Positions 57,652 to 64,000 of a stretch of DNA of 64,000 nt are shown here, piece by piece (the stretch's first letter is position 1; each line of letters begins with the position of its first letter). Under the pieces are notes generated by a model. That model was not told the origin of the DNA. It did not search any database and worked only from the letters and a program-made list of their open reading frames with translations. The stretch lies in assembly GCA_964442135.1 (NCBI GenBank), contig CAYTYN010000001.1, positions 45,978-109,977 of the forward strand, written 5' to 3'. The stretch comes from an uncultured Oscillospiraceae bacterium. Its GTDB lineage: Bacteria > Bacillota > Clostridia > Peptostreptococcales > Anaerovoracaceae. A program made the translations under genes and the position numbers.

Positions 57652-60093
57652 ATGTCTAACAATTTCGAAGATACCAGAGTAGAACAACATGAGATATATG
57701 ATGAGATGAAGAAGTCATATATCGACTATTCTATGAGCGTCATAGTAGGCCGCGCCCTTCCTGACGTGAGGGACGGCCTTAAGCCTGTACACAGAAGGAT
57801 ATTATATGGCATGGGCCAGTTGGGAGTTACCCCCGATAAGCCTCACAAGAAGTCGGCCCGTATAGTCGGCGAGGTAATGGGTAAATATCATCCTCACGGT
57901 GAAAGCTCCATATATGATGCCATGGTAAGAATGGCTCAGGATTTTTCACAGAGATATATGCTGGTAGACGGCCACGGAAATTTCGGATCCATAGACGGAG
58001 ACGGTGCAGCCGCTCAGCGTTACACGGAAGCCAGAATGTCCCCTTACGCCCTTCAGATGCTGAGGGATATAGATAAGGATACCGTAGATTTCAGGGATAA
58101 CTTTGACGGCGAAGAAAAAGAACCGGTAGTTTTACCGAGCCGTTTTCCTAATCTTCTCGTCAACGGTTCCAACGGTATCGCCGTAGGTATGGCTACATCC
58201 ATACCGCCTCACAACCTGGGCGAGGTAATAGATGCGACTGTAAAGCTTATTGACGATCCGAAGGCCACTGTGGAGGATCTGGTTAAGATCGTCAAAGGAC
58301 CTGATTTTCCAACCGGCGCTCTGGTTCTTGGAAAAAGCGGAATCAGGGACGCATATACCACGGGTATAGGTAAGATCCAAGTGAGATCGGTATGTGAAAT
58401 TGAGGAAACTGACAGAGGACGCGCTCAGATCGTAGTCAGTGAAATCCCTTATCAGGTGAACAAGGCTCGCCTAATCGAAAAGATGGCTGAGCTGGTTAAG
58501 GAAAAGAAGGTCGAAGGTATTTCAGCCATAAGGGACGAGTCCAACAGAGAAGGAATACGGATAGTCGTAGAGCTTAAGAGGGACGCCAATCCTCAGGTGA
58601 CCCTTAACAGATTCTATAAGCACACTCAGCTTCAGGACAGCTACAGCATGATAATGATAGCTCTCGTAGACGGACAGCCTAAGGTGCTGAGCCTTTACGA
58701 CGTGCTGAACGAGTATATAAAGTTCCAAAAGGAAGTGGTTACCAGAAGGACCGTTTTCGATTTGAATAAAGCGGAAGCCAGAGCTCACATACTGGAAGGA
58801 CTGAGAATAGCTCTTGATAATATCGATGAGATTATCAAGATAATCAGGAGCGCATATAACGACGCTAAGGAAAAGCTGATGGAAAGATTCGGTCTTTCCG
58901 AGGTTCAGGCTCAGGCCATACTGGATATGAGACTGGCAAGACTGCAGGGATTGGAAAGAGAGAAGATCGAAAACGAGTATAATGAGCTCATGGAGAGAAT
59001 CGCGTATTACAAGTCTCTTCTGGAGGATGAACATCTTCTCATGTCGGTAATAAAGGACGAGCTCTTAGAGATAAAGAAGAAATTCGGAGATAAGAGAAGA
59101 ACCAAGATAGTAAAAGACGAGGGCGAAATAGACGAAGAGGATCTGGTGGAAGAGGAAAACGTAGCGGTCACCCTGACTCATCTGGGATATATAAAGAGAG
59201 TTCAGGCCGATACCTATAAAGCACAGAGAAGAGGAGGCAAAGGCATAACGGGACTGACGACGAGAGATAACGACTTTGTCAAGGATCTCATCATGACGTC
59301 TACCCACGACTACCTGATGTTCTTCACCAATACGGGAAAGGCACATCAGATAAAATCCTATGAAATACCTGAAGCTACCAGGACTGCCAGAGGAACTCCG
59401 GCCATAAACATTCTCAATCTCCTTCAAAGAGAGAGAATCACGGCTGTAATACCGGTCAACGATTTTGACACAGACCGCTATCTCATTGCTGTGACTAAAC
59501 ACGGCATCATAAAAAAGACCTCTGTTTCTCAGTTCAATACTAACAGAAAGACCGGGCTGATCGCCATAAACCTTAAGGAGGGTGATGAGCTTATCGGAAT
59601 AAAGGAGACTACCGGCAGCAACAATATTATCATCGTCACGAAAAAGGGAAAATGCATATGCTTCTCAGAAAAGGACGTCAGAGAGATGGGCAGAATAGCC
59701 GGAGGCGTGAAGGCTATAACCCTTGAAGACGGTGACGAAGTGGTAGCCATGGAACTGGTAGAACCGGGTCAACAGCTCCTCGTAGTTACAGAAAACGGAT
59801 ACGGAAAGCGTACCCATGTAGAAGATTACAAGGTACAGACGCGGGGCGGAAAGGGTCTCCTCACCTATGATAAGGCTAAGTTTAAAAAGACGGGTGCTCT
59901 TGTAGGAGCCGTCGTCGTAGACGATGACGATGAGATAATGCTCATAAATTCAGACGGCATTATCATCAGAGTAAAAGCCAGCGACGTTACTGTCTTAGGA
60001 CGGGCTACTCAGGGAGTGAGGATCATGAAGGTGGAAGGCGGCGCTAAAATCGTATCCATGGCAAAGGTCATCCGTGAAGACGATAATGAATAG
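57652..60093 (+). CDS. gyrA: DNA gyrase subunit A
   Basis: 813 aa with the [19 protein letters not shown] (QRDR) and [11 protein letters not shown] (active-site Tyr) blocks. Confidence 0.97.
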   Translation: MSNNFEDTRVEQHEIYDEMKKSYIDYSMSVIVGRALPDVRDGLKPVHRRILYGMGQLGVTPDKPHKKSARIVGEVMGKYHPHGESSIYDAMVRMAQDFSQRYMLVDGHGNFGSIDGDGAAAQRYTEARMSPYALQMLRDIDKDTVDFRDNFDGEEKEPVVLPSRFPNLLVNGSNGIAVGMATSIPPHNLGEVIDATVKLIDDPKATVEDLVKIVKGPDFPTGALVLGKSGIRDAYTTGIGKIQVRSVCEIEETDRGRAQIVVSEIPYQVNKARLIEKMAELVKEKKVEGISAIRDESNREGIRIVVELKRDANPQVTLNRFYKHTQLQDSYSMIMIALVDGQPKVLSLYDVLNEYIKFQKEVVTRRTVFDLNKAEARAHILEGLRIALDNIDEIIKIIRSAYNDAKEKLMERFGLSEVQAQAILDMRLARLQGLEREKIENEYNELMERIAYYKSLLEDEHLLMSVIKDELLEIKKKFGDKRRTKIVKDEGEIDEEDLVEEENVAVTLTHLGYIKRVQADTYKAQRRGGKGITGLTTRDNDFVKDLIMTSTHDYLMFFTNTGKAHQIKSYEIPEATRTARGTPAINILNLLQRERITAVIPVNDFDTDRYLIAVTKHGIIKKTSVSQFNTNRKTGLIAINLKEGDELIGIKETTGSNNIIIVTKKGKCICFSEKDVREMGRIAGGVKAITLEDGDEVVAMELVEPGQQLLVVTENGYGKRTHVEDYKVQTRGGKGLLTYDKAKFKKTGALVGAVVVDDDDEIMLINSDGIIIRVKASDVTVLGRATQGVRIMKVEGGAKIVSMAKVIREDDNE

Positions 60094-60134
60094 GAAAACT
60101 GTGCAGGTGGATTTTTTTACCGGGAGAAATTACA

Positions 60135-60533
60135 ATGGATAATTTAAAAATATCAATACCGGGAAAACCGGAATATCTTACAATGGTAAGGCTGGCGGTA
60201 ACATCTATGGCTACCATGGCAGGCTTTGATATAGAGACTTCAGAAGATATAAAGACAGCGGTATCAGAGGCGTGCAAGAACGTGGCATGCCATGGCAGCG
60301 ATAGGCTCAGCAATAAATACATGATAGAGTGCGACGTAGATAAGGGATTCATGGAGATTACGGTAAGGGATGATTGCGACGGTCATACTATCGAAAAGAT
60401 CAATAAGCCATGTCTCAACTGTCCCGCAGATGGAGATCTCGGTATTTTCGTGATTAAATCGCTGATGGACGAAGTCGAGTACGGAACAGATGACGCAGGC
60501 CATAAATTCGTTAAAATGGGGAAAAAGTTATGA
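60135..60533 (+). CDS. Anti-sigma factor, RsbW/SpoIIAB-like (GHKL fold, short form)
   Basis: 132 aa. PGKPEYLTMVRLAVTSMA...DIKTAVSEACKNVACHG parallels the RsbW/SpoIIAB N-terminus and N-box. Its 4-nt overlap with the following sigma gene indicates translational coupling. Confidence 0.75.
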   Translation: MDNLKISIPGKPEYLTMVRLAVTSMATMAGFDIETSEDIKTAVSEACKNVACHGSDRLSNKYMIECDVDKGFMEITVRDDCDGHTIEKINKPCLNCPADGDLGIFVIKSLMDEVEYGTDDAGHKFVKMGKKL

Positions 60534-61267
60534 TTGATCAGAACGAGTTGTTCGAACAGTACAGAGACAACCCGACTATTGAAAAGAGAAACGAAATAGT
60601 GGAAAATTACCTCTATATGGTTGATATCCTCATAAGAAAATACCTTAATAAGGGCGTGGAATACGACGATCTTTATCAGGTTGGAGCTATGGCCTTAGTT
60701 TCCGCCGTGGAGAGATTCGACCCTGCCAAGGGGTTTGAGTTCAGCTCCTTTGCTACGCCTACTATCCTAGGTGAAATCAAGAAATATTTTCGCGATAAGC
60801 AGTGGAGCCTGAAGGTTCCCAGAAGGCTAAAGGAAATCGCTTCTAAGGTTCAGGAGAGTAAGGAAATACTCTACGCTAAATATCAGAGAAACCCTACGGC
60901 GGAGGAAATCGCCGAATATATGGGATACACCGTGGAGCAGATAATAGAGGCTCTGGAAAGCTCCCAAGCCTACGGAACCTATTCTCTGGATAAAACCTTT
61001 GACGAGGCGGGAGAGGATGGGGAGAGTCCGTTCCTTGAAAGGTACACAGGCTTTGATGAGGCGGGCTATGACAGAGTGGAAACCTCCGACATAATAAAGA
61101 AGGTGATGGACACATTCAGCGATCAGTACAAGGTGATATTCCGCGAGCGATTTTTAAACGACCGCTCCCAGTCAGATATAGCGAGAGAGCTGGGGATTTC
61201 CCAGATGAGCGTATCCAGAGCTGAGCGAAACATGATAAAAAGGTTCAAGGCAGAACTGAAAAGATGA
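60530..61267 (+). CDS. RNA polymerase sigma factor, SigB/SigF/SigG subfamily
   Basis: 245 aa. Region 2 reads DLYQVGAMALVSAVERFDP...FATPTILGEIKKYFRDKQWSLKVPRRLKE. Region 4 HTH reads SQSDIARELGISQMSVSRAERN. Confidence 0.85.
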   Translation: MIDQNELFEQYRDNPTIEKRNEIVENYLYMVDILIRKYLNKGVEYDDLYQVGAMALVSAVERFDPAKGFEFSSFATPTILGEIKKYFRDKQWSLKVPRRLKEIASKVQESKEILYAKYQRNPTAEEIAEYMGYTVEQIIEALESSQAYGTYSLDKTFDEAGEDGESPFLERYTGFDEAGYDRVETSDIIKKVMDTFSDQYKVIFRERFLNDRSQSDIARELGISQMSVSRAERNMIKRFKAELKR

Positions 61268-61313
61268 AAAAACGGCTCCCATCGGCACATTTAACCTGTG
61301 GGAGCCGTTTTCT
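61266..61313. terminator. Bidirectional intrinsic terminator
   Basis: 10-bp stem ACGGCTCCCA (61272-61281) / TGGGAGCCGT (61299-61308), flanked by A6 and TTTTC. It lies between the convergent sigma and AIM24-like genes. Confidence 0.75.
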
Positions 61314-61326
61314 TGGCAGAATTGGA

Positions 61327-62001
61327 TCAGTTACCTGACGGTAAGAACGGTCTGAGAGCCGAGGCTACCTCGGATATGGGCATTGTTTGGAGCCATATCC
61401 TGCCCGGTCCGGACAGCCTGGTATTGAACAGGCCTTCGCCGCCGAACATGATGTTTTTCACACCCTTTACCTGCTCTATACTGATGGATACGCTGGTTTC
61501 GAAGCCCAGAACATTTCCGGTATCTACTAAGATGTCCTGTCCTGCCTTGAGCTGGTATTCCACCACATCTCCGTCAACCTCTATGAAGGCGATGCCGTTT
61601 CCCGAAAGTCTCTGCATGATGAAGCCTTCACCGCCGAAAATACCTGTGCTCATTTTCTTATTGAAGTGGATGGAAAGCTCCACACCGGCCTCTGAGGCGA
61701 GAAAACCGGATTTCTGCACGATAAATTCCTTTCCCGGACCTATTTCCATAGGTATGATCATACCCGGAAAGCTGGAGCCGAAGGCAATCATGCCGTCTCC
61801 GTCAGCCGTATATATATTCTGGAACATGGCTTCTCCGGAAAAGGCTTTTGAAAACATCTTGCCTATTCCTCCGCCGATAGTTTCCATTCTCATGTTAGGA
61901 CTCATCCAGACCATGGAGCCTTTTTCAGTAATCATCTTTTCGCCGTCTGTAAGATTACAGATCACGATGGGAAATGTGCCGCCTTTGATTTCATATTTCA
62001 T
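61327..62001 (-). CDS. AIM24/TIGR00266 (DUF124) family protein
   Basis: 224 aa. MKYEIKGGTFPIVICNLTDGEKMITEKGSMVWMSPNM and the later GEGFIMQRLSGNGIAFIEVDG follow my recollection of the family pattern. Confidence 0.75.
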   Translation of the reverse strand: MKYEIKGGTFPIVICNLTDGEKMITEKGSMVWMSPNMRMETIGGGIGKMFSKAFSGEAMFQNIYTADGDGMIAFGSSFPGMIIPMEIGPGKEFIVQKSGFLASEAGVELSIHFNKKMSTGIFGGEGFIMQRLSGNGIAFIEVDGDVVEYQLKAGQDILVDTGNVLGFETSVSISIEQVKGVKNIMFGGEGLFNTRLSGPGRIWLQTMPISEVASALRPFLPSGN

Positions 62002-62101
62002 GTTCAGAACCTCTTATCTCAATATTGCAAAATCGTCCGTCTCTTTTATACTATATCCTCAAAGGAAAGTAAATAACTTATAGTAAACGACAGAGATAAT
62101 T

Positions 62102-62314
62102 TTACTTAAACGCACAAAGCTTCCTTAACCGGTCATTTAGCCTCGCCCATGACTCAAAAGCTGAATAAACTGTCTTCTTAAGCATGGACACTGTAGCAAA
62201 GAAAACATCATGAGTATTTTTACGACGTGTAAAACGCCGGACTTGTTCGATTGGATTAAGATCCGGTGAGTACGGTGAGTACGGTGGAAATTTAATAAAT
62301 GTTACACTCCCGCA
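62102..62314 (-). mobile_element. IS630/Tc1-mariner-type transposase remnant (C-terminal ~70 codons only)
   Basis: The minus frame reads ...FIKFPPYSPYSPDLNPIEQVRRFTRRKNTHDVFFATVSMLKKTVYSAFESWARLNDRLRKLCAFK*. It contains the PPYSP-LNPIE DDE-region signature. There is no start, no upstream domains and no recognisable inverted repeats. Confidence 0.7.
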
Positions 62315-62841
62315 TTAAATATAAGAATCTATTAAATTTATTGACAATAAATTCGTAGCAATATACAATAAAGAAAAAATCATTTCTCAAAAAGGTATCG
62401 ATATGAGAATTGCTGTAAAATGTATGTAATGCACCAATGTGTTTTCACATTTTACCTCTTCGGATTCTGACAAATTATTACAGATGAAACATACTCTACA
62501 TTAGGAAGTTCCGGTTTGGCTATCGATGTAGGTCAGCATGCTTGGCTACATTTCAAAAATACATCAACTTCATCTATTAAGGTAGGCGGATTAACAGTAC
62601 CCGCAGGGCAGTCAGTTACTGTCGGCACTTGGGGAAATAAGGGTAACCGGTTCTAAACTGAATGAACTATCATCATTGCTGAAAAGTACAGTATTATTGA
62701 TACGGGCAATTACAGGAAAAATGCCGGCTGTATCGGTATGAAAAGATTTACTATAACGCAACCCCTCCCCAAATAGGCAACATCCAAATTGTATGTGATA
62801 TATGACGAAAACCCTACACTTATATATTAGGAGGATATAGT

Positions 62842-63216
62842 ATGTTAAAACGTCGGTGGATTTTTATAGTATGTGTTACATGTATTTTGTTAGTTGCATT
62901 TTTCTATATTGTTTCTAATATTGCAATATATGCAACTGATAATGTCGGGATGATTTTTAAAGTAGAAGAAAGTGAAAATACGATCATTATTCACGGCTCC
63001 ACTGCTAATCCCGCTAAATTTTTCGCTCGGAGCGAAGTCAAAATAGAAGGCCAAAAGGCTTATATCACAGCATATTATTACTCCTTGCCTTTTTTTAAAA
63101 GCAAGAAAACCGGCGACTTTCAGATAACTATTGACAATTCTGATAAAGCAATCCAAGAGGTGTTTTTAGATGATGGTAAAACTTTAAGCGAGATATATAG
63201 CGAACGACATAATTGA
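62842..63216 (+). CDS. Hypothetical membrane-anchored small protein
   Basis: 124 aa with a strong AGGAGG RBS, one N-terminal TM helix, and a beta-rich C-terminal part. AT-rich codon usage differs from its neighbours. Confidence 0.55.
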   Translation: MLKRRWIFIVCVTCILLVAFFYIVSNIAIYATDNVGMIFKVEESENTIIIHGSTANPAKFFARSEVKIEGQKAYITAYYYSLPFFKSKKTGDFQITIDNSDKAIQEVFLDDGKTLSEIYSERHN

Positions 63217-63245
63217 TTTTTATCGTTTACTGTAGCTTAAATCTC

Positions 63246-64000
63246 TTACTCTCTGTGCTCCACAGCTTCCACAAGCCTAACCGTAAACACGCTGCCCTCC
63301 TCCGGCCGGCTCTCTGCGCTGACAGTGCCCTCATGAGCCTCTGCTATCCATTTAACCATGGAAAGTCCCAGACCGAAGCTGCCCGAACCTGCTTCCTCGC
63401 CCGCATGGGATCGGGACTTATCCGCCTTATAGAAGCGATCGAACACGTGGAGAAGATCAGCCTCCGAAATTCCTATGCCGTTGTCGGAGATCTCTATAGC
63501 GATGCCTTCACCGTCGCGAATAAGGCTTAGACTTACGAAAGGCTCCTCTTTAGACGTATCCCTGTATTTTATCCCGTTTGTCACCAGATTTATCAGCATG
63601 CGCACCAGCAGAGTTTCGTCCCCTTCGACATATATGGCGGGCTGCACAATGCATGTAAGAGCTACTCCTTTGTCCGAGGCGATCCCCTTCAGCTCAGCAG
63701 TAACACTTTCACATAAAGCCGATAAATTGATCCTGTGTTTCTCTATGATCTTATCCGTGTTTATGGTTCGGGACATCTGAAGGAGCTGAATTATGAGAGA
63801 GTTCATCCTGACACATTGAGCCTGGATAGCGGCGAGGGAATCCCTATATTCTTCTTCGGAGTCCGCCGCCATGAGAGCGTATTCGCATTCGGCGAGAATG
63901 ACGGATACAGGAGTCTTCAGCTCGTGGGACACGTCAGAGGTAAATTCCTCCTCTGACTTAAAAGCAGTCTCAAGCCTGTCGATCATAGCGTTGAGAGTTT
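63246..64000 (-). CDS. Sensor histidine kinase, C-terminal part (gene continues past window end)
   Basis: H-box SHELKTP, N-box LINLVTNGIKY, G1 DNGIGI and G2 GSFGLGLSMV. The frame is open to the window edge. Confidence 0.85.
   Translation of the reverse strand, partial: TLNAMIDRLETAFKSEEEFTSDVSHELKTPVSVILAECEYALMAADSEEEYRDSLAAIQAQCVRMNSLIIQLLQMSRTINTDKIIEKHRINLSALCESVTAELKGIASDKGVALTCIVQPAIYVEGDETLLVRMLINLVTNGIKYRDTSKEEPFVSLSLIRDGEGIAIEISDNGIGISEADLLHVFDRFYKADKSRSHAGEEAGSGSFGLGLSMVKWIAEAHEGTVSAESRPEEGSVFTVRLVEAVEHRE

Overview
This window covers the chromosomal replication-origin region of a moderate-GC Firmicute. Gene content and order look Clostridia-like, but the species cannot be named from sequence alone.

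Gene order from left to right:
- rapZ (partial), a PHP phosphoesterase, murB and an AI-2E transporter.
- A ~15 kb block rich in D-amino-acid and peptide enzymes: dsdA, dtd, an Asp/Glu racemase, a DmpA-type peptidase, an M20 amidohydrolase, alr, an M19 dipeptidase and two tandem SNF transporters. It also holds two sigma-54 activators and one clear -24/-12 promoter.
- recR-ybaB-dnaX, preceded by an SRP RNA.
- lysA, ldcA and an amino-acid ABC transporter.
- rlmH, an MBL hydrolase and rnhA.
- An orphan [FeFe]-hydrogenase-like gene.
- sanA-like, aroB-like, GNAT and LtaS-like genes, then rsmA, rnmV, ftsB-like and an M23 peptidase.
- A DnaD-domain protein, the dnaB helicase, rplI and a DHH/GdpP-like phosphoesterase.
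- parB-parA-rsmG-mnmG-mnmE-jag-yidC-yidD-rnpA-rpmH.
- A bipartite oriC flanking dnaA, then dnaN-recF-gyrB-gyrA.
- An RsbW/SigB-like anti-sigma/sigma pair and an AIM24-family gene.
- A small AT-rich decayed patch with an IS630-type transposase remnant, then a partial histidine kinase.

Of the 51 CDS left of oriC, 45 are on the minus strand. The 7 CDS immediately right of it are on the plus strand, as expected for divergent replication.

I found no rRNA, tRNA, CRISPR array, intact mobile element or recognisable defence island. Most of the window is core housekeeping.

The most unusual content:
- The sigma-54-linked D-amino-acid cluster, including an activator with a diaminohexanoate-dehydrogenase-like sensor domain and a pstB scar.
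- The partner-less RsbW/SigB-like pair fused onto the gyrBA unit.
- An AroB-like protein with substituted catalytic motifs.
- A DnaD/DnaB-type protein carrying a loader-type zinc ribbon.

All functional calls come from reading the translated ORFs and recalling family motifs. No database search was run.
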